From: an uncultured delta proteobacterium
Lineage (GTDB): Bacteria > Desulfobacterota > Zymogenia > Zymogenales > Zymogenaceae
Direction of reading: 5' to 3'
Assembly (NCBI GenBank): GCA_963792965.1
Contig: CAWBYW010000006.1
Span: 18,212 to 82,211, forward strand
Length of the DNA stretch: 64,000 nucleotides
The position numbers were made by a program, and so were the translations under genes. The notes below the pieces were generated by a model. That model worked only from the letters and a program-made list of their open reading frames with translations. It was not told the DNA's origin and did no database searches. The number at the start of each line of letters is the position of its first letter. Position 1 is the stretch's first letter. Below are positions 10,714-21,763 of this stretch, one piece after another.

Positions 10714-11520
10714 CTACATCGTCGGTGTCCCGTTCTTGACAATAATGCGTCCCTCGATGTTCAGGTAGATATATTGGATCGGGCCCCTCTTTTGGGCGTC
10801 GGGGAGCACCGCGATCAGCTCTTGGATCTTTTTCTCGAAGGGGGGCCGCCCGAAGCAGAGCCGAATTCCCTCCCGGGTAAAAGCCGTGTACCCGATCGCG
10901 TCTTTAAGCTCCACGGAGCTGACGCACCCGCCCGATACGATGCCGTGCTTATAGAGCGATAGAACGAGCGCAGCTCCATCGGCAAACTCCCGCTTCGTCT
11001 TCATCCCGAAGAAAACCGGATAGGCGGAAACGTCCGCGTCGATCCGGAAAAGCTCGCCGTCGGGGTCTACGAATCGGTACCCCTCGTCGGTGACCACCAC
11101 GCCCACGGGCGTATGCTCGATGACCGTGACGACCAGCCGACTGGGAAGCCGGCGCTGCACCCGGGCATCCTTAACCCAGTCGATCGATTTTACCCGGTTC
11201 CGTACAGCAGTGAGGTCCGTCTCGAAGATGGGGCTGCCGGCCTGAAACCCGACAGCTTCGTCGATCTCTCGCGCATCGGCGTTTTTCACCCCAATCACGT
11301 CCACCCCGCTCAATTTAAAATACGGTGACCCCGATATCGCGTTATGAACGAGGGGAAGCGCCCACGAAACGCCATAGATGACGCACCCCATACACGCCAG
11401 GAGAAAGAGACCCATAAAGACGGAGGTTACCTTTCGGCTCCCTTCGGCTTTTACAGGCGGCCCCTTGAGGTTTTCCCGAACGTAGCCGGACGGCCCGATG
11501 TCTTTGAGGTCCCTTGTCAC
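10714..11520 (-). CDS. ftsQ: Cell division protein FtsQ/DivIB
   Basis: Single TM followed by a POTRA domain (WVKDARVQRRLPSRLVVTVIEH); located before ftsA. Confidence 0.88.
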   Translation of the reverse strand: MTRDLKDIGPSGYVRENLKGPPVKAEGSRKVTSVFMGLFLLACMGCVIYGVSWALPLVHNAISGSPYFKLSGVDVIGVKNADAREIDEAVGFQAGSPIFETDLTAVRNRVKSIDWVKDARVQRRLPSRLVVTVIEHTPVGVVVTDEGYRFVDPDGELFRIDADVSAYPVFFGMKTKREFADGAALVLSLYKHGIVSGGCVSSVELKDAIGYTAFTREGIRLCFGRPPFEKKIQELIAVLPDAQKRGPIQYIYLNIEGRIIVKNGTPTM

Positions 11521-12410
11521 AGATCCTCCCCGATGACTTTTATCTCGAGCTGGAGGTCGATTCCCTTCCTTTGCCTGACCTCTCCCTTAATCTGCTCGAT
11601 GAGTGAAAGGACGTCTGAGGCGCACGCCCCGCCCCGGTTCACAATGAAGTTGGCGTGCAGGGACGACACCTGGGCCGCGCCGAAGGCCCGTCCCTTGAGC
11701 CCCGCCTCGTCGATGAGTCTGCCCGCCGGCCCTTCCGGGGGGTTCTTGAAGACCGACCCCGCGGAAGGGAGCGCGAGGGGCTGTCGCTCCTTTCGCCAGG
11801 ACAGCCGCTCTGAGATCACGCGGGAGATCTCGTCTTCATCGCCCCTCGCCAGAGAAAGGAGTGCGCCGAGAATAATCTCGCTTTTCTCGAGCCCGCACAT
11901 GCGATACGCGAAGTTCAGCTCCTGCGCCTGCTTTTCGTACACCTCTCGGTTTTCGCCCATGAGGGTCACGGACCGGACGACGCCCCCCATCTCCGAGCCG
12001 TGTGCCCCCGCGTTCATCATAATCGCGCCCCCGACGCTTCCGGGAATGCCGGAAAGGTTTTCGAGGCCCGAAAGCGACCATCGCGCGCACTGCCTGATCA
12101 ATGCCATGAGGGTGCCGCCCGCCTCGGCGAACACCATGTCCGCTTCCTTCTTTTCGATCTTCTTCATACCGCCCATCAGGATCGCGCAGCCCCTGATTCC
12201 GCCGTCGCGGACCAACACGTTCGTCCCCATCCCGAGGATAACCACGGGGATATCCCGGCGCCCAACGGCCTCGAGCGCGGCCTTGAGGTCATCGATGTCG
12301 ACGGGTTCAACGACGATGTCGGCCGGGCCTCCGATTCTAAAGGACGTATGTCGCGCCATCGGCTCATCACACAATACCCTTCCCCTGATCTTCTCCTCAA
12401 GCCTTCGCAT
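11517..12410 (-). CDS. murB: UDP-N-acetylmuramate dehydrogenase
   Basis: HTSFRIGGPAD, GIPGSVGGAIMMNAGA, SAGSVFKNP, HANFIVN. Confidence 0.96.
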   Translation of the reverse strand: MRRLEEKIRGRVLCDEPMARHTSFRIGGPADIVVEPVDIDDLKAALEAVGRRDIPVVILGMGTNVLVRDGGIRGCAILMGGMKKIEKKEADMVFAEAGGTLMALIRQCARWSLSGLENLSGIPGSVGGAIMMNAGAHGSEMGGVVRSVTLMGENREVYEKQAQELNFAYRMCGLEKSEIILGALLSLARGDEDEISRVISERLSWRKERQPLALPSAGSVFKNPPEGPAGRLIDEAGLKGRAFGAAQVSSLHANFIVNRGGACASDVLSLIEQIKGEVRQRKGIDLQLEIKVIGEDL

Positions 12411-13803
12411 CCTTTTCCTTGAGCAGTCCGAGGAACTCCTCTCCCACGCGGTAGATATCGCCGGCGCCCAGCGTGATGACCATATCGCCGGGCCGGACGA
12501 TTTTCATCAGGCGTGCGGGGATATCTTCCTTCTTCGACACAAAATAGCGCTCGCGCATGCCGCGCTTGCCGATCTCCTCGAAGAGCCCTTCCGCGTCCAC
12601 GCCCGGAATCGGGTCCTCGGAGGCCGGGTAGATCTCGGTCATAACCAGGACGTCGGCCGCGAAAAAAGCCGTCAGGAAGCCCGCGAAGAGGTCGCGCGTC
12701 CTCGTATAGCGGTGCGGCTGGAAGACCGCCACGATCCGTCCCTCCCAGAAGTTCTTGGCAGCCGCAAGGGTCGCCGTGATCTCCGTCGGGTGGTGGCCGT
12801 AGTCGTCCACCACCGTAACACCCGCGGCCTTTCCCTTGATCTGGAAGCGCCGGTGCGGCCCCACGAACCGGGAAAGCGCGTCGGCGACGGTCTCAAAGTC
12901 GAGGCCGACTTCCATCCCCACGGCCAGCGCCGCCAGCGAGTTGAGGACGTTATGGGAGCCGGGTATCGGGAGCCTGATCTCACCCCACGTCTCGCCCCGG
13001 TAGCCGACCGTAAAGACCGACTCAAGCCCGCGTAAACCTCAGCCCCGTGGCGGTGAAATCGGCCTGCGGCGAGAAGCCATAGGTGACGTGTCTCCGCTTC
13101 AGGTCGGGTATGACGGCCTGGACGTTTTCGTGATCGAGGCAGAGCACGATGAGCCCGTAGAACGGCACCTTGTTGGCGAACGCGACGAAGGCCTCCTTGA
13201 TCTGGTCGAGGTCCCGATAGTAGTCCAGGTGCTCTTCTTCGATGTTCGTGACGACGGCGATGGTGGGGGTCAAAAGAGAAACGAGCCGTCGCTCTCGTCG
13301 GCCTCGGCCACCAGGAATTGCCCCTCCCCGAGCCGGGCGTTGGAGCCGATGTAGTCGAGCTTACCCCCGATGACCATCGTCGGGTCGAGGTTTCCCACCC
13401 CCATGATCGTCGAGATCATGGACGTGGTGGTGGTCTTGCCGTGCGTGCCGGCCACCGCCACGCCGTACTTCATCCGCATCAGCTCCGCCAGCATCTCCGC
13501 GCGCGGGATGACGGGGATGTTGCGCCTGACCGCCTCCAGGACCTCGGGGTTATCCTTTCTCACCGCCGTGGAGACGACCACGACGTCGGCCTCGCCGAGG
13601 TTTTTTTCCGAGTGGCCGTAGTTGATCGTCGCGCCCAGCGACTTGAGCCTCTCGGTGATCTCGCTCTTCCTGATATCCGAGCCAGATACCTCGTAGCCCC
13701 GGTTGAGGAGAACCTCCGCGATCCCGCTCATCCCGATGCCCCCGATGGCGATGAAATGAACCTTGTGAAACCCCCGATATGCCGTGCGCTGGTTCTTGAT
13801 CAT
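12397..13803 (-). CDS. murC: UDP-N-acetylmuramate--L-alanine ligase (two frameshifts)
   Basis: [42 protein letters not shown] across three ORF pieces. Confidence 0.95.
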
Positions 13804-14878
13804 GATGCCTTGTTTCCTACGTCTATAATCCATTCCGCTATCCGGCGCGCCGCATCGGGCCTTCCCATGGCCCTGGCCCGCTTTCCCATCTCGAAGAGCC
13901 TGGTCCGATCCCCGTACGCCCGCCCGATCAATTGAGCCAGTCGCTCTCCCGAGAGCTCCTCCTGGCGGATCATCTCGGCCGCCCCCGCGTCGACGAGGTA
14001 CCCGGCGTTCGTCGCCTGGTGGTCGTCAACCGCAAAGGGATAAGGCACGAGGAGCGAGGGGCGTCCGGCGGCGGCAAGCTCCGAGACCGTCATCGCGCCC
14101 GATCGGGCGATAACCCAGTGCGCCCTCCCGTAGAGACGCTCCATGTCGTCGCGAAACTCGAAGACCTCCCCCCTGACGCCCGACTCGTCGTACGCCTTCT
14201 TTACCCACGGATAGTCATGCCGGCCGGTCAAGTGGATAAAGGAGACCTCCTTCTTAATGTCCCCGAGGTGAGGCAGCGCGTCCCTGACCAGACCGTTGAG
14301 GGGTCTGGCGCCCTGGCTCCCGCCGAAGATCAGTATCGTAAAGGGACCCGTCACCGCCTCGGCGGGGGACGGCAAAGAGGGCCTCCCGCACGGGATTGCC
14401 GACAAATAGCCCGATATCCTTCGGGAAGTCGCCCAAAGCCCCCGGCAGACCCACAAAAGCCCGCTTCACGAATCTCCCGAGGAGCCGGTTGGTGAAGCCG
14501 GCGACGGAATTCTGCTCGACGACGCCCGTCCTGATGCCGAAGAGTGCCGCCGCAAAGACCACCGGGCCCGACGCGTACCCGCCGACGCCCAACACCACGT
14601 CGGGCCTGATCGCCGCAAGCTTTGCCAGAGCGCTCATCCCGGAGACGGGAAGTATCGCCACCGCCGAGGCCTTCGGAGACCAGCCCGCTCCTGCGGAACT
14701 TGCCCACCGGGATGAACCTCACGTCGACCCCCATCTTCGGCAGCACGTCGGCCTCGATCCCGTCCCTCGTGCCGATAAAGGTGACCTCCCGTCCGCGCTC
14801 CTTCATGAGCAGCTCGTAGACCGCCGTCCCCGAAAAAAGATGTCCGCCGGTGCCTCCTCCCGCGATGACTACTCTCAC
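13800..14878 (-). CDS. murG: Undecaprenyl-PP-MurNAc-pentapeptide GlcNAc transferase (two frameshifts)
   Basis: [49 protein letters not shown] start overlaps the ftsW stop. Confidence 0.94.
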
Positions 14879-15975
14879 CCGTCTTCCCCCTGCGATGAGA
14901 TATTCAGGAGAACTCCGACGGCCGCCATGCTCGTCAGGAGGGACGACCCGCCGTAGCTGATGAACGGGAGTGTCATCCCCTTCGTGGGGAGAAGCCCCGT
15001 TACCACACCAACGTTGAGGATTACCTCTATCGTAATCAGCGCGGTGATCCCGACGGCCAGATAGGTCCCGAAAAGATCGGGGGCGCCTCGGGCGATTTTG
15101 ATCCCCCGGGCGCAGACCAGGACATACGCGAGGATAACCGCCACCGCGACGATAAACCCGAGCTCCTCGCCGATGACGGCGAAGATGAAGTCGGAATAGG
15201 CAAACGGGAGATAAAAGAGCTTCTGGGTCCCCTCCCCGAGCCCGGTCCCCATGATCCCCCCGGAGCCGAAGGCTAAAAACGACTGGATGATCTGATAGCC
15301 CGAGTTGCCGGGGTCGGTCCACGGATTGAGGAAGGCCATGATCCTCTTGAGCTGATAGGGGGAATGGATGATCGAGATATAGACGAGCGGCACCGCAGCC
15401 ACGGCCGTCGCGGCAAGATAGTAAAAGCGCGTCCCGGCCACGAACATCATAATGATGACGATGAGGCCGATCGTGACCGACGTGCCGAAATCGGGCTCGA
15501 GCATCGTGAGCGCCACCACGATCGACAGCAGTACGATATGCGGGACAAACCCCACGGTAAAGGTCTTTATCTTCTCATATTTCTTCGTGAGCGAATAGGC
15601 CAGATAGATGACAAGGGTGAGCTTGATGAGCTCTCCCGGCTGGAACCTGAAGCCGAAGAAGCTGATCCACCTCCGGGCGCCGTTCACCTCTTTCCCGATG
15701 CCGGGGATGAGCACGAGCACCAAGAGGAAGAGGGTGACGAGGAATATCGGATAGACATAGGTCTTCAGGAGGCGGTAGTCGGTCCTCATCATCGCCGCCA
15801 TGACGCCCAGCCCGAGGAGCCCCCAGAGGAGCTGCCGCTTGAGGAAATAGTACGCGTCTCCCTTGTCGGAGTAGGCCACGATGGAGCTGGCCGAAAAGAC
15901 CATCATGACGCCGAATACGACCAGCAACAGCACGGCGATAATGAGCACCTTATCGTATTCGAACTTATTTCCCAT
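14875..15975 (-). CDS. ftsW: Peptidoglycan glycosyltransferase FtsW
   Basis: GARRWI, FQPGE, LEPDFGT, SDFIFAVIGEELG, LPFISYGGSS. Confidence 0.96.
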   Translation of the reverse strand: MGNKFEYDKVLIIAVLLLVVFGVMMVFSASSIVAYSDKGDAYYFLKRQLLWGLLGLGVMAAMMRTDYRLLKTYVYPIFLVTLFLLVLVLIPGIGKEVNGARRWISFFGFRFQPGELIKLTLVIYLAYSLTKKYEKIKTFTVGFVPHIVLLSIVVALTMLEPDFGTSVTIGLIVIIMMFVAGTRFYYLAATAVAAVPLVYISIIHSPYQLKRIMAFLNPWTDPGNSGYQIIQSFLAFGSGGIMGTGLGEGTQKLFYLPFAYSDFIFAVIGEELGFIVAVAVILAYVLVCARGIKIARGAPDLFGTYLAVGITALITIEVILNVGVVTGLLPTKGMTLPFISYGGSSLLTSMAAVGVLLNISSQGEDG

Positions 15976-17373
15976 CGCCGAAGTACCTCTTGGCATGATT
16001 GGCGAAGTCGAGTCCCCGTTCCTGGTAGTTCTTATACTGGTCAAAACTCGAGCAGGCCGGGGCCAAAAGCACCACGTCGCCGGGCTCGGCTCGATCGCCC
16101 GCGGCGCGCACGGCCGCCTCCATCGTGCCGGCCACGACGGCCACGACCACGTCGGAAAGCTCCCGCTGGATGATCGGCGCCGCCTCTCCGATGAGGTAGA
16201 TACCCTTTGCGCGTCCGGCCAGTGCTTCCCTCAGCGGCTCATAGGAGCCACCCTTGTCGACCCCACCCATGATGACGTGGAGGTTTCCGTCGAAGCTCTC
16301 GATCGATTTGAGGGCTGCCCCCACGTTGGTCGCCTTGGAGTCGTCAAAAAACCGCACGCCCGTGCGTGTCGTCAAGACGTGCTGGAGACGGTGTGCGTGC
16401 GGGATAAAATCCCGGATGGCGCGAGCCGCGCCCTCCCCCCGCACCCCACGGCGGCGGCCGCCGCCAGCGCAGCCATGATATTCTCGATATTATGGACGCC
16501 CGTCAGTCTCGAGCCGGCCACGTCATAGCTCTCGCTCCTGCCCTCAATGAGCGAGACGATCTCTTTTCCATTGAAAGAGACCCCGCCGTGTTCCACCTGC
16601 CTTCTGGAAAAGAAGATCTTCCGCGCCAGGATTCCCTTTGTCCGTCCGACGACCAGCTCATCGTCACGATTGAGGACCGCGCTGTCGTCCCTTGTCTGGT
16701 TGACGAAGATCGCGAGCTTTGCCGCGATATACTCCTCATAGCTTCGGTATCGGTCCAGGTGATCCGGTGTGATGTTCAAGAGCACCGAAACGCGCGGCCT
16801 GAACGTCTCGACGGCTTCGAGCTGAAAACTCGATATCTCGGCAACGACATAGTCCACGGGCCGCGCGGTCCCTCCCACCGCATCCCCGTTATTCACGAAA
16901 TCGATCAGCGGCGTTCCGATATTCCCTCCCACGAGGACGTTTTTTCCGCACGCCGTGAGGATATCGCCCAAGAGCGCCGTCGTGGTGGTCTTCCCGTTGG
17001 TGCCGGTCACCGCTACGATCGGCGCCGCGATGAAGCGTGACGCAAGCTCGAGCTCCCCGATAATCCTCACCCCCCGATCGCGGGCCGCCACGAGCGGCTC
17101 GATAAAGAGAGCCACGCCCGGACTCACCACGATGAGGTCCGAGCCGAGAAACGTCTCGTTCTTATGGATCCCGAGCTCCAACGCGACGCCGAGATCGCTC
17201 AATTGCCTAATGTCGGCCTTTCTGTCGGCGAGTGTCGCCATATCGGTGAGGGTTACGTGCGCCCCACGGGCGGCCAAAAAGCGCGCCGTTGACAGCCCCG
17301 TCCTGGCGCCCCCCACGACGAGAACCCGCGCCCCGGAAAGGATCATCTTTTCCGCGTCCGTATCACGAGCCAT
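15965..17373 (-). CDS. murD: UDP-N-acetylmuramoyl-L-alanine--D-glutamate ligase (frameshift near 16440)
   Basis: VTGTNGKTTT, EISSFQL, DHLDRY, DDSKATN, LLAPACSSFDQY. Confidence 0.95.
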
Positions 17374-17377
17374 GCCG

Positions 17378-17740
17378 TCAGACCGCCTCGATTTCCGTGA
17401 GCATCGCGTTATACCGTTCGCTGGTAAGCCTTAACATTACGATCTCGACCCGATAGACCTCGCCCGCTGCGATCCTCGTCGTTTCCCTGACGCACCCGAC
17501 CACGACGAACCCGTCGCGATCCTCAACGCTTGTCCGCCGTGAGGGGTGAAGATCGACCCGCACGAGCGTTCCCTCGGCGAAGTCACGGTTGGTCTTCAAG
17601 ACCACCGTCCCATCCGAGGCCTCGATAACGGCGGCCGAGACAAGCGAGTCTCCGAAGCTGGATAAATCAAATTCTTCCAGAAAAACCCGATACCCCAACA
17701 GACCCATCGCCTTTTCTCTCTGATAGTAGTGATGCGCCAT
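17378..17740 (-). CDS. Hypothetical 120-aa protein, degenerate PilZ-like beta-barrel
   Basis: RBS GGAGG; tightly packed between mraY and murD; EASDGTVVLKT...GTLVRVDL...GCVR...YRVEIVML pattern resembles PilZ. Confidence 0.65.
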   Translation of the reverse strand: MAHHYYQREKAMGLLGYRVFLEEFDLSSFGDSLVSAAVIEASDGTVVLKTNRDFAEGTLVRVDLHPSRRTSVEDRDGFVVVGCVRETTRIAAGEVYRVEIVMLRLTSERYNAMLTEIEAV

Positions 17741-17752
17741 GAATATGCCTCC

Positions 17753-18829
17753 TTACCGAATTTTTAGGGTGCTCAAGGCCAAGAGCGCTAATATGATCGA
17801 AATAATCCAGAATCGCACAATGATCTTCGGCTCCGGCCAGCCCAGGAGCTCGAAGTGGTGATGAATGGGAGCCATCTTAAAGATCCGCCGCTTCTTCCAT
17901 TTGAAAAACCCGACCTGGAAGATGACCGACAGTGTCTCCACGACGAAGAGGCCGCCTACAATGACCAGGAGGAGCTCATGCTTGGTGGCCACCGCCACCG
18001 TCCCGATCCCACCGCCGAGGGAGAGCGCCCCCACATCTCCCATGAAGATCTCGGCGGGATATGAGTTGTACCACAAAAATCCCATGACCGCGCCGATCAT
18101 CGCCCCGCAGAAGACCGCCAGCTCTCCCGTCCCGGGGAGATAGGTGATCAGGAGGTAGTTTGCGATCTTCACGTTACCGGTGCAGTAGGCAAAGACAAGA
18201 TACGTGATCGCCACCACCGCTACCGGCCCGGCAGCCAGACCGTCCAGCCCGTCGGTTAGGTTGACGGCGTTGGCCGCACCGACGATGATGAATATCGCAA
18301 ACGGGATGTAAAGCCAGCTCAGATGGGGATGGAGGCTCTTGAGAAACGGGACCGAGAGCTCCGTGTTGTAATTCGGGGCAAGATAGAGCATCACCCCCAC
18401 GACAATGCCGACTATCAGCTCCCAGAAGAACTTGTAGCGCCCCGGGAGCCCCTTGGAATCCTTCAGAATCTGTTTTCGCCAGTCATCGACGAAACCGATG
18501 ACCGCAAACGAGATCGTAACGAGAAGCACCAGGATGATGTAGAAGTCGGCGACGTCGGCCCATAACACCGTCGAAAGAGTCATCGCGCCCACGATCAATA
18601 CGCCGCCCATCGTCGGAGTGCCGGCCTTCTTGAGGTGGGTGCTTGGTCCGTCGCTGCGGATCGGCTGGCCCACTTGGAGCTCCTTGAGCTTTCGAATCAT
18701 CCACGGGCCGAAGACCAGGCAGATGACGAGCGCCGTAAGCGACGCGTAGATCGCCCGAAAAGTGATGTAGCGAAACACGTTCAGATATGAGTAATAGTTC
18801 GAGAGCCACAGCGTCAGGTGATAGATCAT
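17753..18829 (-). CDS. mraY: Phospho-N-acetylmuramoyl-pentapeptide transferase
   Basis: [35 protein letters not shown]. Confidence 0.98.
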   Translation of the reverse strand: MIYHLTLWLSNYYSYLNVFRYITFRAIYASLTALVICLVFGPWMIRKLKELQVGQPIRSDGPSTHLKKAGTPTMGGVLIVGAMTLSTVLWADVADFYIILVLLVTISFAVIGFVDDWRKQILKDSKGLPGRYKFFWELIVGIVVGVMLYLAPNYNTELSVPFLKSLHPHLSWLYIPFAIFIIVGAANAVNLTDGLDGLAAGPVAVVAITYLVFAYCTGNVKIANYLLITYLPGTGELAVFCGAMIGAVMGFLWYNSYPAEIFMGDVGALSLGGGIGTVAVATKHELLLVIVGGLFVVETLSVIFQVGFFKWKKRRIFKMAPIHHHFELLGWPEPKIIVRFWIISIILALLALSTLKIR

Positions 18830-18841
18830 GCCTTTTCCTTT

Positions 18842-20251
18842 CTATTGGAGCATCGCCTCCGCAATCCGCTCCATCTTCATTCCCCGGGAACCCTTGACGA
18901 GGATCACGTCCCCCGGCCGAACGATTGCCCTCAGGTCGCTGATGAGCCGGTCGTGCGCCCCGACGGGATAGGTGAAGATCGTCTTTTCATTCTGTCCGGA
19001 CGCCAGCGCACCCCGGCGCACATCGCTCGCATGGTCGCCCAGGACAAAAAGGTAGCGTACGTGCGCGGACGCGGCGGCCTCCCCCACCTGGGCATGGCCG
19101 GTCCGGGAAAAGTCGCCGAGCTCGAGCATTTCCCCGAGGACGGCAATAGACCTGCCCCCATGATTGTTGCTTTCGCGCGCGAGAAACTCGATGGCCGCTT
19201 TTGTCGACACGGGGTTGGCGTTGTAGCTGTCGTTGAGCACACGGGTCCCCGCCGGGCCCTCCTTTATCTCCATTCGCATCTTCACGGCCGCGGCAGACTC
19301 GATCCCCTCCCGGATCCCCGCGGGGCTCACCCCGAGGGCCGCGCCGACGGCGGCTGCCGCCAGGGCGTTCTTCAGGTTGTGAACGCCGGGGATTTTCAGG
19401 TGCGCCCCGGTCGTTTCCGACGGCAGCACGATCGACATGCGCGTGCCGTCCGCACCGAGGTCTTCTATGTCGGTTGCCCGCACGTCCGACTTCTCATCCA
19501 GCCCGAAGGTGAGCTTTCGTGTCCGCGTCAGGGAGCCGAGTCTCTGCGTATACTCGGCGTCGCCCTCAAACACCGCCACCCCGTCGGGAGGGAGCAGTGC
19601 CAGCAGCCTTCCTTTCTCGCGGATGACCCCATCTAAGCTTCCCACGCCTTCGAGGTGGACGGGCCCGATGTTCGTCACCACGCCGATGTCGGGACACGCG
19701 ATCCGGGCAAGCCTCTCGATCTCGCCGGGCACATTCATTCCCATCTCAAGGATGATCACCTCCCGATCTTCCGGCACCGAAAGCAGCATCATCGGAAGCC
19801 CCACCAGGTTATTGAGGTTACCTTCGGTCTTGGCCGTCCGGTATCGCGTCCGAATGATGGCATAGGCGATCTCCTTGGTCGTCGTCTTGCCGTTGGAGCC
19901 GGTGATCCCCACGACACGCGCCCGGAGCCTCGCCCGGTGAGAACGGGCAAGTTCCCCGAGGGCAAAGAGCGTGTCGGGCACCTTCAGGACCGCGACATCC
20001 CCGGGCACCCGAATCGGTCTTTTCTCCTGAACGATGACGCCCCCGGCGCCCCGGGCCAGAGCCGCGGCGATAAACTCGTGGCCGTCGAACGTGTCGCCGC
20101 TCAAGGCCACGAAAAGCTCATCTCGGCCGACGGTTCGGGAATCAGTCGAGACTCCCCGGAAGGTGAGGTCCGGCGCCCCCCCCGACGCCTTCACGCCGAG
20201 AGCCTTCTCGCAGTCCGTAAGTCTTAGTTCTACGCGGGCCGAATCAACCAT
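18842..20251 (-). CDS. murF: UDP-N-acetylmuramoyl-tripeptide--D-Ala-D-Ala ligase
   Basis: GITGSNGKTTTKE, NNLVGLP, NDSYNANP, LVKGSRGM. Confidence 0.96.
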   Translation of the reverse strand: MVDSARVELRLTDCEKALGVKASGGAPDLTFRGVSTDSRTVGRDELFVALSGDTFDGHEFIAAALARGAGGVIVQEKRPIRVPGDVAVLKVPDTLFALGELARSHRARLRARVVGITGSNGKTTTKEIAYAIIRTRYRTAKTEGNLNNLVGLPMMLLSVPEDREVIILEMGMNVPGEIERLARIACPDIGVVTNIGPVHLEGVGSLDGVIREKGRLLALLPPDGVAVFEGDAEYTQRLGSLTRTRKLTFGLDEKSDVRATDIEDLGADGTRMSIVLPSETTGAHLKIPGVHNLKNALAAAAVGAALGVSPAGIREGIESAAAVKMRMEIKEGPAGTRVLNDSYNANPVSTKAAIEFLARESNNHGGRSIAVLGEMLELGDFSRTGHAQVGEAAASAHVRYLFVLGDHASDVRRGALASGQNEKTIFTYPVGAHDRLISDLRAIVRPGDVILVKGSRGMKMERIAEAMLQ

Positions 20252-21761
20252 CGTGTTTTCTTTCTTCCAGGGCGTTTTTCGCCTCGATTCGGTCATCAAA
20301 GGGGTACTTGGTCGTCCCGATGATCTGATAGTCCTCGTGCCCCTTGCCGGCGATCAGGACGATGTCACCCTTCTGCGCCTTCGATACGGCAAAGCGGATA
20401 GCCGCCCTCCTGTCCGGTATTACCGAGTAGACCTTCGAGCCTCCCCCCCACTGAGGGCTGTCGGGCTCGACGCGCCTCGATTCGGTGCCCTCCAGCCCCC
20501 CGAGGATATCCTCGATGATCTTTTGTGGGTCCTCGGTCCGCGGGTTGTCGGAGGTGACGATGACCTTGTGGCTCAGATCGGCCGCCGCCTTCGCCATGAG
20601 CGGCCGCTTTTTCTTGTCCCGGTCTCCGCCGCACCCGAATACGGTGATGACGCGGTTCTTCGCCAGCTGTGCGAGGGTCGACAGGACGTTCTTAAGTGCG
20701 TCGTCGGTGTGGGCGTAGTCGATCAGCACCGTGAAACCGTCGGGCCCCTCGACCGGCTCGAGTCTGCCGGGGACGACGACCTTCCGATTTATGCCGGCGG
20801 CCGCCGTATCGAGGTCGATCCCCATCCCGAGGGCCCCGCCGAGGGCGGCGAGGAGGTTATAGATATTGTGCCGCCCCAGCAGATTTGATGAAAACTCGAA
20901 TTTTCCGAAGGGCGTCACCCCTGTGCCCCGCACTCCCCCGGTATCGGCCGTAAACGAGGTCGCCCGGATGTCGCCACCGTCGCCGAGCGAATAGGTAAGC
21001 ACGTCCCCCTTCACCACATTCAGCAGCTTTTCCCCCCAGGGGTCGTCGGCGTTGATGACACAGGTCGTCCTCTTCTTCCGGCCGATCAACTCGGTAAAAA
21101 AGCGGCTCTTGCTGGCAAAATAATTCTCCATCGTCCCGTGATAGTCGAGGTGGTCCTGCGTCAGGTTCGTGAAGAGCGCCGCGTCAAACATGCAGGAGTC
21201 GACGCGCCCCAGATCGAGCGCGTGGGACGATACCTCCATCGCCGCATGGGTCACTCCCGAGCCGACCATTTCGGACAGGAGCCGCACGAGGTCCAGTGAT
21301 TCCGGGGTCGTGTGGGGGGGAGCGACCGTCTTTCCCGCGTACCGGTAGTTAATCGTCCCGATGATCCCGGAGGTATTTCCGGCCTCTCGAAAGATCTCCT
21401 CCATGATGTAGCAGATCGTGGTCTTGCCGTTGGTGCCGGTCACACCCATGAGCCTGAGCTTCATCGAAGGGGAGCCGAAGAATGTGTCGGCAAGCATTGA
21501 GAGGGCCGCCCGGGAGTCTTTCACCCTCACGACCGCGGCCCTCGAGAGGGGCGTCTCGTCCTGTACCACGACGGCCGCCGCACCCCGGGAAAGCGCCTGC
21601 CCCACGAATCGGTGGCCATCGGTAACCAGCCCCTTTACCGCAACGAAGAGGGAGTCCGGCGTCACCTCGCGCGAATCATAGAATATATCGGCGATATCCA
21701 CGCCCAGGTCTCCGCCGGCGGCGATCACGGGGATATCGGCTATGAGTTCTTTCAGTATCAT
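20244..21761 (-). CDS. murE: UDP-N-acetylmuramoyl-dipeptide--meso-DAP ligase
   Basis: GVTGTNGKTT, MEVSSH, DYAHT, DNPR (DAP-specific), AGKGHEDYQ. Confidence 0.97.
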   Translation of the reverse strand: MILKELIADIPVIAAGGDLGVDIADIFYDSREVTPDSLFVAVKGLVTDGHRFVGQALSRGAAAVVVQDETPLSRAAVVRVKDSRAALSMLADTFFGSPSMKLRLMGVTGTNGKTTICYIMEEIFREAGNTSGIIGTINYRYAGKTVAPPHTTPESLDLVRLLSEMVGSGVTHAAMEVSSHALDLGRVDSCMFDAALFTNLTQDHLDYHGTMENYFASKSRFFTELIGRKKRTTCVINADDPWGEKLLNVVKGDVLTYSLGDGGDIRATSFTADTGGVRGTGVTPFGKFEFSSNLLGRHNIYNLLAALGGALGMGIDLDTAAAGINRKVVVPGRLEPVEGPDGFTVLIDYAHTDDALKNVLSTLAQLAKNRVITVFGCGGDRDKKKRPLMAKAAADLSHKVIVTSDNPRTEDPQKIIEDILGGLEGTESRRVEPDSPQWGGGSKVYSVIPDRRAAIRFAVSKAQKGDIVLIAGKGHEDYQIIGTTKYPFDDRIEAKNALEERKHDG

Positions 21762-21763
21762 CG

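Noticed and set aside
11344-13035. Long plus-strand ORFs opposite real genes (also 48162..49769, 9580..10677 and minus-strand 25987..27183)
   Set aside because: Antisense shadows of GC-rich coding sequence with no protein motifs.
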